Notes under the pieces: model-generated
Database searches by the model: none
Told to the model about the DNA's origin: nothing
The model's input: the letters and a program-made list of their open reading frames with translations, nothing else
Position numbers and translations under genes: made by a program
Shown here: in pieces, positions 1-9,727 of the stretch
Layout: each line of letters opens with the position of its first letter
Position numbering within the stretch: position 1 is the first letter of the stretch
Virus record (IMG/VR): IMGVR_UViG_3300024346_000017
Coordinates: 1-64,000 of that record
Direction: 5' to 3' (one strand)
DNA length: 64,000 nucleotides
From: a virus

Positions 1-188
1 TTGACACCACACCTGTGGAAACAGAACCAGTTGACACCACACCTGTGGAAACAGAACCAGTTGACACCACACCTGTGGAAACAGAACCAGTTGACACCAC
101 ACCTGTGGAAACAGAACCAGTTGACACCACACCTGTGGAAACAGAACCAGTTGACACCACACCTGTGGAAACAGAACCAGTTGACACA
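1..188 (+). repeat. Perfect 30-bp tandem repeat (TTGACACCACACCTGTGGAAACAGAACCAG x6 plus a partial copy) encoding a PVDTTPVETE linker; cut by the window edge
   Basis: Identical 30-mers from 1 to 180 with no spacers; in frame with ORF 15..944. Confidence 0.97.
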
Positions 189-944
189 GAGCCAGTGACG
201 GGATCAGAAGAAGATGTAACAAATACAGTTGATGATGCATTGGAAGATGGTAAAATTGATAGTACAGAAGTTGAAGAAATTGCAGATGCAATGGCAGCAG
301 ATGGAGAAATTGATTCAGAAGAAACAGATCAATTAATTGAAGCATTAGCAGAAGATGGAAAAGTTTCTGTAGCAGATCAAGAAGCAGTTCTGGAAGCACT
401 TGCGTCAGACGGAGAAGTTTCAAAAGAGGATGTTGCAGCCATTGTTGAATTAGCTAACTCAGATGGTAAATTATCTGAAGCAGAAAAAGATATTGTTGCC
501 GATGCATTAATTCAATCTGTTCCAGAAGGTGAAAATCTTACTAAAGAACAGGTAGCGGAAGCTGGAATTAAGTTATCAGATTTGCCAGCAAGCACACCAG
601 TTGATGTTAGAACATCTGAAAATGGAGACTCAGTTGTTATCACGGCAGAAGTTGCAGTACAAGTAGAATTAATATCTGACCCAGCGGCATTTGCACAAGA
701 GTTATTTAATGACCCAGGAGCAGCCCTACAGGCCTTGGGAAGCATAGGTGCAGATATGACAGAAGGCGAAAGAGAAGAGGCAACTGAAATGGTTGTAGCA
801 ACAGTTGTAGCAGCAGGTGCGGCAATTAACGCAGCAGCAGTTGCCGCAGGAGGAGCCACAGGGGGTGGCACAGGAGGCGGAGGAAGTTCTGGTGGAGGCT
901 CAGGAGCCAATTCACCAGGTTCACGAGGAGGAAGAAAATGGTAA
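1..944 (+). CDS. 5'-truncated acidic protein: PT-rich linker, five EF-hand-like DG[K/E]xxxx[E/D] repeats, hydrophobic then Gly-rich C-terminus
   Basis: ORF 15..944 is open to the window start; motifs EDGKIDSTE, ADGEIDSEE, EDGKVSVAD, SDGEVSKED, SDGKLSEAE. Confidence 0.8.
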   Translation, partial: DTTPVETEPVDTTPVETEPVDTTPVETEPVDTTPVETEPVDTTPVETEPVDTTPVETEPVDTEPVTGSEEDVTNTVDDALEDGKIDSTEVEEIADAMAADGEIDSEETDQLIEALAEDGKVSVADQEAVLEALASDGEVSKEDVAAIVELANSDGKLSEAEKDIVADALIQSVPEGENLTKEQVAEAGIKLSDLPASTPVDVRTSENGDSVVITAEVAVQVELISDPAAFAQELFNDPGAALQALGSIGADMTEGEREEATEMVVATVVAAGAAINAAAVAAGGATGGGTGGGGSSGGGSGANSPGSRGGRKW

Positions 945-1120
945 GAATAATAAAGAATATCCTAAAAGATATGGTTGACCAAGCATGGACCCTTCTTGGA
1001 ATGTTTATTGCTTGGGTAGTTCTAGACGGAAGTGCAAAGACTATTGTTGGTTATGGAATCATAGCGACTACTGCTCTTTGGATAATTACAAGTCCGATTA
1101 GAAATAGAAATGAGGAATAG
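938..1120 (+). CDS. Small two-TM membrane protein
   Basis: GGAGG RBS, two hydrophobic segments, overlaps the upstream stop. Confidence 0.75.
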   Translation: MVRIIKNILKDMVDQAWTLLGMFIAWVVLDGSAKTIVGYGIIATTALWIITSPIRNRNEE

Positions 1121-1122
1121 TA

Positions 1123-1413
1123 ATGGCAAAAGCATACATTGAAGAGCCAACACAAGTAGGATCAGGAGCAATTGCAAGTATCAATAATATTTTTATGCGA
1201 ATTGTTGCTGTATTTGCAGCATCAGGACTGTCCGTAATTGGAGCAGGTGCTGTAGTTGGAATTGAAACTTATAAAGCAGTAATATTAGCAGGTACTCTTG
1301 GCGTTGCCACCGTAGTTGAAAGGCTTGCACGAGGTTTTCTAGACGATGGAAAATTGACGGTAGCAGAAATAAATGCCGCATTTTCAGCAGTAGATAAAAA
1401 AGCTAGTAAATAA
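1123..1413 (+). CDS. Membrane protein (holin-like) with EF-hand-like C-terminal loop
   Basis: Two TM segments; LDDGKLTVAEIN motif; GAGG RBS. Confidence 0.65.
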   Translation: MAKAYIEEPTQVGSGAIASINNIFMRIVAVFAASGLSVIGAGAVVGIETYKAVILAGTLGVATVVERLARGFLDDGKLTVAEINAAFSAVDKKASK

Positions 1414-1428
1414 TGCTATAATTGTATT

Positions 1429-1575
1429 ATGGATAAATACAGTATAAAGCTAGAGGTTTTAGCCGAAGTAGATGCTTTTTCAGAAGCAGATGCTAGGGAG
1501 TATATATCTGATATATTCAATGTAGACGATGAAATTAAATCTGTTAAGGTATTAAAGATCTCCAAAAACAGTTGA
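1429..1575 (+). CDS. Hypothetical 48-aa protein (MDKYSIKLEVLAEV...), leaderless; not in the ORF track
   Basis: TGcTATAAT ends 6 nt before ATG 1429; open frame to TGA 1575. Confidence 0.7.
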   Translation: MDKYSIKLEVLAEVDAFSEADAREYISDIFNVDDEIKSVKVLKISKNS

Positions 1576-1600
1576 CATGTCCGTTTTGTCAGGGTATAAT
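1572..1600 (+). promoter_or_regulatory. Consensus SigA/sigma70 promoter upstream of tRNA-Leu
   Basis: TTGACA-17-TATAAT. Confidence 0.9.
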
Positions 1601-1615
1601 AGTAATAAGCATTAT

Positions 1616-1699
1616 GCCCGTATGGCGGAATTGGCAGACGCAGCAGACTTAAAATTTGCCTCCAACCGTGGAGTGTCGGTTCAAATCCGACTATGGGTA
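1616..1699 (+). tRNA. tRNA-Leu(UAA)
   Basis: Acceptor GCCCGTA/TATGGGT, anticodon arm GCAGA-CTTAAAA-TTTGC, long variable arm, GGTTCAAATCC T-loop; CCA not encoded. Confidence 0.93.
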
Positions 1700-1715
1700 C
1701 TAGACAGGAAGTTCA

Positions 1716-1946
1716 TTGCTTAACTTGACAGAACTAGGAGTAGAGGTCTTTATAAAAAGATCTAATTCTAAAAATTTACAATCTTTTTGGAATAACTATT
1801 CTTTGGTAATTTGGAAAAAAAATAATTCTGGGTTCACAAATAAAAAAGGACTGTTCAAAAATGAATGGGGTATTGCAGAAGAATTTGCAATCAACGAAGA
1901 CGGACTATGGAAACTTCCATTACAATATGTCAAAAATTTTAAATAG
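1716..1946 (+). CDS. Hypothetical phage protein
   Basis: ORF with a purine-rich upstream element, in operon-like packing. Confidence 0.65.
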   Translation: MLNLTELGVEVFIKRSNSKNLQSFWNNYSLVIWKKNNSGFTNKKGLFKNEWGIAEEFAINEDGLWKLPLQYVKNFK

Positions 1947-2235
1947 TCTAGGTTTAGATAAAGATTCACTTCAATGGCAAGACTTAGCTCTTTGCCTTGG
2001 AATGGATACTAATCTGTTTTTTGATTCATATGAAGCAGATGTTAACATAGCCAAAAGCATAGATCAAGCTTGCATGTCATGTCCAGTTATAGCAATTTGT
2101 TACAAATACGGCACAGAGTCAGATAACTATGGAGTTTGGGGCGGAGTGTATTTAAGTTCTGGTACCCCAGATAAATCAAAAAATTCACACAAAACAAAAG
2201 AAACTAACAAGAAGCTAAAGGGATTACATGGCTAA
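1927..2235 (+). CDS. whiB: WhiB-family Fe-S transcription factor (ORF track 1861..2235; likely start 1927)
   Basis: WQDLALC...LFF...CMSCPVIAIC...YGVWGG: four Cys plus the GVWGG turn. Confidence 0.92.
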   Translation: MSKILNSLGLDKDSLQWQDLALCLGMDTNLFFDSYEADVNIAKSIDQACMSCPVIAICYKYGTESDNYGVWGGVYLSSGTPDKSKNSHKTKETNKKLKGLHG

Positions 2236-2551
2236 CTTTATAAATAAAGATAAAGATCACTTTAAATACGGAATTAATGAATGGACTGGTGAAGCAAATA
2301 AACCAGTTTTTTATACAAAAGAAATGGCACAAAAGGTCAGAGAACTTAAAAGCCCTGCACACGACTTACAGATGGATATTGTAAAGTATCCTGAATTTTT
2401 AGCAATAAGATTATATGAAAACAATTTTTCACAGTACGATGGAAGTATGAGAATGAGAGTTATAGATTATATCGAGATGGTTAAAAGGATCCTAGAATCA
2501 TATGGGGTACGAGTCGAGTTGGAGGGGAAGCCAGGTGGAAGAACAAGGTGA
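2228..2551 (+). CDS. Hypothetical protein
   Basis: ORF overlapping the whiB stop. Confidence 0.75.
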   Translation: MANFINKDKDHFKYGINEWTGEANKPVFYTKEMAQKVRELKSPAHDLQMDIVKYPEFLAIRLYENNFSQYDGSMRMRVIDYIEMVKRILESYGVRVELEGKPGGRTR

Positions 2552-2728
2552 TGTCGCATCAATTGTGTATATTATTCCAGAAGAAAGATACGGAGTAATA
2601 GTATCACATGGGGCCTATATGTCCTCAATAAAGTACAACGATGGCTTTGAAGAAGTTATTGAGCTTTTTGACACAAAAGATTTTATTGTTTCAAATGAAA
2701 TCCCAATTATAGATACAGAGGAAAACTA

Positions 2729-2965
2729 ATGGAAAAAGTACTATGCTATTCTTGTAATAAGAGTAAGGCTAATTTAAATTTAAAAAGATCCGCGTTGCTT
2801 GCAATTAATCTGCTTATGTGTGAAACATGCATCACTAGTAAATTTGAGCCTAGATGGACTATAATTTTATCTGGCAGGCAGTACGGACATGAATCTGTAA
2901 AAGAATATATTGCTAAGAAAAAATATGTTGGAGAAGACATAAAAGCGTCCGAATTATTAGTTTAA
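2729..2965 (+). CDS. Small Zn-finger-like protein
   Basis: CYSC...CETC. Confidence 0.7.
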   Translation: MEKVLCYSCNKSKANLNLKRSALLAINLLMCETCITSKFEPRWTIILSGRQYGHESVKEYIAKKKYVGEDIKASELLV

Positions 2966-2986
2966 GTACGGTATAATTATGTAATA

Positions 2987-3304
2987 ATGCTAAATACAAG
3001 TCAGATAATTATAACAATATTAGCCTCTGTTTCAAGCGGATTAGTAGGCATACTTTTTAACTACAGGCAGAGCAAGAAAAAAGAAGCAATTAGGTTGGCT
3101 GAAAAGCAACACGATGGTCTTTTAATTGAACTAAAAGATCTTCAAATAAAGCTATATAAATTAGAAAAAGATTTAGACGAGTGGAAAGAAAAATATTACG
3201 AGGCCCTGCAGGAGCTGATTCATGTTAAATCAGACCTGGAAGAGTCCTTGCTTAAATTAGGTCACATAGATATTCATTTAGACTTAGATTCAGAAGGCGA
3301 ATAG
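2987..3304 (+). CDS. Membrane-anchored coiled-coil protein
   Basis: N-terminal TM followed by a heptad-rich segment. Confidence 0.7.
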   Translation: MLNTSQIIITILASVSSGLVGILFNYRQSKKKEAIRLAEKQHDGLLIELKDLQIKLYKLEKDLDEWKEKYYEALQELIHVKSDLEESLLKLGHIDIHLDLDSEGE

Positions 3305-3336
3305 ACAAATAATTTTAAAAATAGTATACTGAAATT

Positions 3337-3894
3337 ATGACTTGTATTGTTGCTATTGCCCAAAATGGTGTTGTGTATATGGGTTCCGACCATGCCGCAT
3401 CAGATGACAAAACTGGGTGGATCATATCTAGAAAAGAGCCAAAAGTTTTTAAGAATGGCCAGTATGGTATTGCATTTACAGATTCATTCCGTATGGGACA
3501 AATCCTTCAATACATGTGGACCCCTCCAAAGTATACACCAACTAAAACCAATTCTGGTTTAGATAAATTTATGAGAACTAAATTTGTTGATTCTGTAAAG
3601 TCTGCATTTAAAGATAATGGATACGGAAGTATTGGCTCTTCGTCAGAAGAAGATACTGGCGGAATTTTTATAGTTGGAATATGTGGTAGACTCTTTACTA
3701 TAGATGAAGACTTTCATGTCGGAGAAAATATAGTTAATTATATGGCGGAAGGAAGCGGTGGGCAGATAGCTCTTGGAGCCCTTCATGCAACAAAGAAACA
3801 ACAGAACCCAAAGCTTAGATTAAAAGCAGCATTAGAAGCAGCAACTGAGTTTAACATGAGCGTGGCTGCCCCCTATACATATATTCAAGTTTAA
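3337..3894 (+). CDS. Ntn-hydrolase (HslV/proteasome beta-like) protease
   Basis: MTCIVAI...VYMGSD with N-terminal Thr nucleophile; AEGSGGQIALGAL motif. Confidence 0.8.
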   Translation: MTCIVAIAQNGVVYMGSDHAASDDKTGWIISRKEPKVFKNGQYGIAFTDSFRMGQILQYMWTPPKYTPTKTNSGLDKFMRTKFVDSVKSAFKDNGYGSIGSSSEEDTGGIFIVGICGRLFTIDEDFHVGENIVNYMAEGSGGQIALGALHATKKQQNPKLRLKAALEAATEFNMSVAAPYTYIQV

Positions 3895-3908
3895 GGTATA
3901 ATTTGTAT

Positions 3909-4280
3909 ATGGAAATAGCATTAATAATATCTGTCTCTATTGCAGTAGTACTGTCAATATTTTTCCTGACCATGTTTTTTAAGAGATTCAAGGTCGGATT
4001 TTACTACATAGATAAGTACGAAGAGGCAGTAAAAGAAATGTTAAATCTAATGGAGATAAATGACCCAAGATACATACCTCCAGTTGATTATGATAATGCC
4101 ATAGACATGAGAGGCACCCCAACACATGTATGTCTATGTGGGTCAGAAGTCTGGATGATTAAAGCAGTTTTTAGAGACTACGAGATAGCTACATATTTCC
4201 TAGACATGGAATGCCTAGCCTGTGGCAGCCTTGCCACAGCACCAACACCAATAGATAAGAGCAACATTGATGAGGTCTAA
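3909..4280 (+). CDS. Membrane-anchored Zn-ribbon protein
   Basis: N-terminal TM; HVCLCGS...ECLACGS; TATAAT 6 nt before ATG 3909. Confidence 0.7.
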   Translation: MEIALIISVSIAVVLSIFFLTMFFKRFKVGFYYIDKYEEAVKEMLNLMEINDPRYIPPVDYDNAIDMRGTPTHVCLCGSEVWMIKAVFRDYEIATYFLDMECLACGSLATAPTPIDKSNIDEV

Positions 4281-4452
4281 AAAAGTTAAAAAGTTAGAGG
4301 CGAGGGTAGAAGAGCTAAGCACTGTAACAGATCTTCTTATTTTGTTAGTAAATGAAATCATAGAAAAAGATAATAATAGAATAAACTTAGACTCAGGAAA
4401 GTGGTATAAGCCTACCCCTTGACAACCTTTGTATATTTAGTATACTTAAGAT

Positions 4453-5625
4453 ATGAAAAATAAACTAATCACGGCGGTACTTACTTTATCACTTCTATCA
4501 CCTGTAGCAATTTCACAGGCATCTGGTGCAGACGCACCAGTTCTAGCAATCCTAGACACAGCAATTGATACATCACTCCCTAATCTTCAAGGAAAGATTG
4601 TGGGAGAAGTTTGTATTCTTGAATGGCAGCTATGCCCAAATGGGACTAACTTTCAAGAAGGGGCTGGCGCAGCATCTATGCCAGCAGACCTAATTACAAA
4701 GAACGGCTTTGACCACGGAACATTTATGGCAAGTACAGCAGTTCAAGCTAATCCAAACATTAAAATACTTTTTATTAAAATTATTGGAAATACCTCTGCT
4801 GGATTACGAAAGCCAACTGGAGAATCAACCATTTCAGCAGCACTATTCTGGCTAAGAGACAATGCAGCTAAATATAATGTTAAGGCTATATCTCTTTCGC
4901 AAGGTAGCAGCGGACTACTTGGAAAAGCAGGAACACAATACTGCCCAACATTCCCAAGAACAGTATCTGCAATTCAACAGTTAAACTCAATGTCTATCCC
5001 AGTTTTTTCTGCAGCAGGTAATGCTCGTGATTACTCAAGAATTGATTGGCCTTCGTGCATCCCAGAAACAGTTTCAGTGGGAGCAGTTGATCAAATTGGA
5101 GAAATTGCATCTTATAGCAATAATGACTCATTGCTTTTAGATTTCTTTGCCCTAGGCAACATGCCTGCAGTTGGTCCAGGAAACATTTCTAAAAATATTG
5201 CTGGTACATCTTCTGCAACACAGGTTGCAGCAGCAACGTATTTAAAATTAATGACTTCATCTGGACAATCTGGAAGCCAATTAATTGATAGCATGAAAGC
5301 TAATTCAGTAAATACTATTGGCAGACAGGGCACATTTAAAAAATTGATTACGCTTTCTAATGCAGTAAGTGCTATCCCTACAAATTCAGCAGCAGCAGAT
5401 GCAGCAGCAAAGGCACTAGCGGATGCAAAGGCACTAGCGGATGCAAAGGCACTAGCGGATGCAAAGGCACTAGCGGATGCAAAGGCAGCACGAGCAGCAG
5501 CATTGAAGTTAGAGGTTGATGCTGGTATTGCAGAAGCGGAAAAGCAGTATGCAATTGATTTAAAGTTAGCCCAAGACAAGCTTGCAGCAAGTCGAGCAGC
5601 GTGGATGGCAAAACTTAATGGCTGA
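4453..5625 (+). CDS. Secreted subtilisin-like (S8) serine peptidase
   Basis: Signal peptide; ILDTAID (Asp), HGTFMA (His), AAGN (oxyanion), GTSSAT (Ser). Confidence 0.88.
   Translation: MKNKLITAVLTLSLLSPVAISQASGADAPVLAILDTAIDTSLPNLQGKIVGEVCILEWQLCPNGTNFQEGAGAASMPADLITKNGFDHGTFMASTAVQANPNIKILFIKIIGNTSAGLRKPTGESTISAALFWLRDNAAKYNVKAISLSQGSSGLLGKAGTQYCPTFPRTVSAIQQLNSMSIPVFSAAGNARDYSRIDWPSCIPETVSVGAVDQIGEIASYSNNDSLLLDFFALGNMPAVGPGNISKNIAGTSSATQVAAATYLKLMTSSGQSGSQLIDSMKANSVNTIGRQGTFKKLITLSNAVSAIPTNSAAADAAAKALADAKALADAKALADAKALADAKAARAAALKLEVDAGIAEAEKQYAIDLKLAQDKLAASRAAWMAKLNG
5407..5487 (+). repeat. 18-bp tandem repeat encoding AKALAD x4 in the S8 peptidase tail
   Basis: GCAAAGGCACTAGCGGAT repeated. 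Confidence 0.9.
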
Positions 5626-5824
5626 AATCACAGTACTGGACGGTATTATTAAAGATCTTGGGCAAGAACTATATCAGAAATGGTACAATGGATTAGCACA
5701 AGAAGATAGAACACCAGAAGCATCTGAGGCAATGGCTAAAAATGCAGGTGAAACAACATTTTGGATAATCCAAAATTTTATGATTCGCTTCAATGAAGCA
5801 GCAGAGGCACTAAAGGATAAGTAA
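5618..5824 (+). CDS. Hypothetical protein (likely start MAEITV)
   Basis: Overlaps the S8 stop; ORF track 5582..5824. Confidence 0.65.
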   Translation: MAEITVLDGIIKDLGQELYQKWYNGLAQEDRTPEASEAMAKNAGETTFWIIQNFMIRFNEAAEALKDK

Positions 5825-6126
5825 TGATTGTAACTGACAGTAATTTCGATGAAGTTATTGGCTCTCATCATGTAGTCCTTGTAGATTTCTGGGCTGAATG
5901 GTGTAGTCCATGCAAAAGATTTTCTCCCATACTTGATGAAGTAGCATCAGAATATAATGTATGGATTGGAAAGATAGATGCAGATGAAAATACATTCAGT
6001 GCAGATAAATACAATGTTATTTCTTTACCTACAGTTATCGTTTTTAAAGACGGTAAAGAGGTAAAGAGAACTAAGGGAGCTATGCCAAAGCATAAGTTCT
6101 TGGAAGAGATATCCGAATGGATCTAG
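5824..6126 (+). CDS. trxA: Thioredoxin
   Basis: VLVDFWAEWCSPCK, cis-Pro SLPT, 100 aa. Confidence 0.93.
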   Translation: MIVTDSNFDEVIGSHHVVLVDFWAEWCSPCKRFSPILDEVASEYNVWIGKIDADENTFSADKYNVISLPTVIVFKDGKEVKRTKGAMPKHKFLEEISEWI

Positions 6127-6334
6127 GTTTTGATGAATGGATGAGCTTTGGATATGACAAAGGATGGATATCAGATGTATTTTGCGATACACATGATGGC
6201 CCACCAATGTCAGATGAAGAAATGCAAGAGTGGGATGAAGGCGGAGATCCGTGCTCATTTCATGTTAAGGTAAATGAACTACACTAACTTTCTGTTTCAT
6301 ATAAGAAGCAGAAGAAATAAGGAGAATAAATTAA

Positions 6335-7378
6335 ATGAACTCATTTAAGAAAGTATCGCTAATCATCGCTGCAGCCCTGACTAGCACAATGCTTGTATCG
6401 CCAGCAGCTAACGCTAACGCTGGAACTGTAACCCTAACGGTTGCGGGATCTGCAGCAACAGGTGGAACAGTAGTTGGAACACCTGTAGCACTACCAGTAC
6501 CAGCAGACAACAGTATCGATGCAGCAGATGCATTGAAGATTGCTGTAACATCAGTAGACACTGGAACAGTAGTAACAGCAGTTGCAACTAACGCAACAAT
6601 TGTTTCTGCGCTAGCAACATCAACAGCACCAGTTACCGCATCAAGCGGATCTTCAACACTTTCAGTTTCAACAGGAACTGGAAACTCAGCAGACTTTTAT
6701 GTATATACTAAAAGTACAGCAGTAGGAACAGTAGCAATTACTCGTGCTGGAACTACAACAGTTTACTATGTACAAGGTACCGCAGGTGCTTTGAACTCAA
6801 TCGCTATCACCGCACCAGCATCTGGAGCAGCGGGAACAGTTGCAACTCTTAAGGTAACAGGATACGATGTATTCGGTAACGTAAAGGGTGGAGCAACAAT
6901 TAATACTCTAGTATCTTCAAATGGTGTTGCAACAGCAACAGCGCTTACAACAGATACAGCAGTAGCAACACTAGGAACAAAGGAGCAGACTGTAACACTT
7001 CCTGCTTCAGGTTCAGTAGTTGTTACAGCATACGCAACAGTAGCGACAGCCGTAACAGGCCTAACAGCGCCAATCGGCTCTGTAGTTGCAACAGTAGCAG
7101 TTCGTGATCTTTCAGGGGAACTTGCAGCAAAGAACGCAGAACTCGCAGTCGCTAATGCAGCACTTGCAGTTGCTAATGCAGCACTTGCAGCAGAGAAGGC
7201 AGGACGTGCAGCCGATAAGGCAGCATCAGATTCTGCAACTGCAACAGCAAAGGCAGCAACAGTAACAGCACAAGCAGCAGCAGATCTTGCTAAGGCTACA
7301 TACAAGGCAGAATACAATGCACTTGCAGCTAAGTGGAACAAGAAGTTTCCTAAGTTAAAGGTTGCACTAAAGAAGTAA
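6335..7378 (+). CDS. Secreted Ala/Thr/Val-rich surface protein (Ig-like/S-layer-like) with basic C-terminal helix
   Basis: Strong AAGGAG RBS, signal peptide, KAEYNALAAKWNKKFPKLKVALKK tail, own terminator. Confidence 0.7.
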   Translation: MNSFKKVSLIIAAALTSTMLVSPAANANAGTVTLTVAGSAATGGTVVGTPVALPVPADNSIDAADALKIAVTSVDTGTVVTAVATNATIVSALATSTAPVTASSGSSTLSVSTGTGNSADFYVYTKSTAVGTVAITRAGTTTVYYVQGTAGALNSIAITAPASGAAGTVATLKVTGYDVFGNVKGGATINTLVSSNGVATATALTTDTAVATLGTKEQTVTLPASGSVVVTAYATVATAVTGLTAPIGSVVATVAVRDLSGELAAKNAELAVANAALAVANAALAAEKAGRAADKAASDSATATAKAATVTAQAAADLAKATYKAEYNALAAKWNKKFPKLKVALKK

Positions 7379-7388
7379 ATAACTTCAG

Positions 7389-7423
7389 TTAAAGGGGCAA
7401 GACTACTGGTCTTGCCCCTTTAA
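7389..7423 (+). terminator. Intrinsic terminator hairpin
   Basis: TTAAAGGGGCAAGAC-TACTG-GTCTTGCCCCTTTAA. Confidence 0.85.
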
Positions 7424-7446
7424 TATATAAATGATAGAATGGTAAT

Positions 7447-8241
7447 ATGAGATTTCATTGGATGGAACGTGGTGGCAAAACAAGTGTTGATCACCTTAAA
7501 ACTACCTCTAATATAGTTGATGAGTTTGGGTATGAATCAATGCTACTTGTTTATCATTCTCAGCTTGATGACCCATGGATTAAAGCAGCAAGGGCATTGG
7601 ACACAAATCATAAATTCAAATACATGCCAGCGATAAGAACTTATGCGATAAGCCCAGAATATTGTGCAATGATGTGTAAATCATTTTATGAGATATCTCC
7701 AAATAGATTGATGTTAAACATAGTATCTGGAGATCTTCATGCTAGTGAAACATCAGTTAGAGACTCTGTTTTTATTAAAGATTTAATTGATACTCCAGAA
7801 AAAAGATTGAAATATACAGACGAGTGGATTAAAAAATTTCTAGATTTAGCAGGTAATACTGTTAGTGGAATTGTAATGGGTGGGCACTCAAACGAAACAA
7901 AGCTTATGGTTGAAAAGTATAATGGAACACATCTTTCAATGCTAAATATGCATAAAAATGCATACACTAATTCAAATTTTTTAAAAAATAAAAAACAAAT
8001 GGTTTCTTTTTCAGTAATAATTAATGACTCAGAAGAAGAAGTTAAGAGAATGACAGACGCTAGTATGGGTTCAAACCAGTGGACACTTTCTGGAAATAAA
8101 GACAGCGTTAAAAAACAAATACTAGATCTAAAAAATATAGGGGTAACAGATTTAATGATGCATGCAAATCCAGAAGACAAAAATGCCTCTTTAATTCATT
8201 ACTTAATGAAAGAAATTATGGAGGAACAAAATGGAATCTAA
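7447..8241 (+). CDS. Luciferase-like (LLM/SsuD-like) flavin monooxygenase
   Basis: DEFGYESMLL...DPWI...KYMPAIRT...SP...NRLMLNIVSG pattern. Confidence 0.75.
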   Translation: MRFHWMERGGKTSVDHLKTTSNIVDEFGYESMLLVYHSQLDDPWIKAARALDTNHKFKYMPAIRTYAISPEYCAMMCKSFYEISPNRLMLNIVSGDLHASETSVRDSVFIKDLIDTPEKRLKYTDEWIKKFLDLAGNTVSGIVMGGHSNETKLMVEKYNGTHLSMLNMHKNAYTNSNFLKNKKQMVSFSVIINDSEEEVKRMTDASMGSNQWTLSGNKDSVKKQILDLKNIGVTDLMMHANPEDKNASLIHYLMKEIMEEQNGI

Positions 8242-8449
8242 TAGAAAAAGCTTATATAAGTCTTTTACTTGGCCAGTAGTGCATATTGGCTTTGTTGGTA
8301 CAATGGTTTATTTTTTTGAAAAAGCAATTACTGGTGAAGCTCACTGGGAGTACGCTGGCACATTTGCTATAATTTATACAGCATGCGAAATGATTGGATA
8401 CTTTTTACACGAAAGAGTATGGGCTAAATTTGGAAGTAGATTTAAATAA
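8231..8449 (+). CDS. DUF2061-like small membrane protein
   Basis: ESNRKSLYKSFTW...YFLHERVW signature. Confidence 0.75.
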   Translation: MESNRKSLYKSFTWPVVHIGFVGTMVYFFEKAITGEAHWEYAGTFAIIYTACEMIGYFLHERVWAKFGSRFK

Positions 8450-9502
8450 TGGGAAAGCACAACGACAAAATCAAGAAGGCATTAGAACAAAGGATTGCAG
8501 CTACGCCAAACGGGGCAGGATTTAAAAAGCCTGGGTCTATGAATAAAAAGAAGACAGGATACCGTGGCCAAACAGCCAAAGGATCCTCTAAATAATGTTT
8601 AGTGGGAACTGCCAATTTAATAAATGTAGTAATAAGTCTTCAAGAATAGTTTCAAGCCCACAGTCAGGCATCATAGACATTTGCAATCAATGCTGGAATG
8701 ACAATTTTAGATCTTAATCAACTAAATGCTATAATAGACTAATGGATGGATTCTAGACCCATCTAAATAAACAACCTATAGGAGAAATAAAATGTCAGAC
8801 GGAATTAACTTAACAGGATTTAACGAAGTAAAGCCAGCAGTACAGCACACAATTGGAGAGCAGTACGCTGCTGATCCAGCAGGTGCTTTTGCATCAACAG
8901 ACAAGTCAACACAAGACGGTTCAGGCGTAGGCCAGGGCGGAAAGTAAATTGTCAATATTTGATAAAGAAGAAGTAGTTGCACCTACAGTTGCAGCAGCTG
9001 TTGCATCAGTAGTTAGCTTTGCTACAGCATGTACAAGAGACACAAGAGGACAATCCCCTTGTGCTGTTAAAGATTGTGAGAACTGCTAATCATGTGCTTT
9101 GAATGCGGATGTGAATCAGTAGGAAGTACAACTGGTATTGTTCCAGTTACAATTACAGACACTTCAAGAGATGGTGACTCAGGCTTAACACAATGAGTGA
9201 CTTTAAAAAAGAAGATGGCACTGGCACGACTCCACCACCTAATGGTGCAGCTGCAGGGGCCGTTACGAGTAGTTCAGCTACACGCAAGCAACCACGTCAA
9301 GGATTAAAGACAGATATTAATCGACATGGAATAAGACGTGAATTGAATACCACTCCAAGGCCTCCTAAAAAAACAGGACGCAAAAAGATATAATGTGTAA
9401 AAATTGTGGGGCATGCTCTAAGGAACATGCCCCTACAATTGATGATGCCGTGGATATAGTTTTAGATTCATCAATTATTTAATTTTAATAAGGCCTGGAG
9501 AT

Positions 9503-9727
9503 ATGGAAAAATTTAGAAAGCTTTTAGATAATGCATATACATTCCTGCCTAAAATGTATCAGGGAATTGAAGTACCAGAATACGATAAAGCCATAGACTT
9601 AACAGTTCATACTAAAGCTCCTGGAAAGTGGTTGCTTATTGACTTGGAAACGGGGCAAGAGTATATTGGGAGCAAGGATCCTAATGCATACGGTAAGTGG
9701 ATGAGGCTAAAGGACAGAAATGAATAA
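9503..9727 (+). CDS. Hypothetical protein
   Basis: GGAG RBS, ORF. Confidence 0.7.
   Translation: MEKFRKLLDNAYTFLPKMYQGIEVPEYDKAIDLTVHTKAPGKWLLIDLETGQEYIGSKDPNAYGKWMRLKDRNE

Noticed and set aside
1-198. 30-bp repeats as a CRISPR array, or the ORF (TPHLWKQNQL)n
   Set aside because: The repeats are contiguous with no spacers; the PVDTTPVETE frame continues into the real gene.
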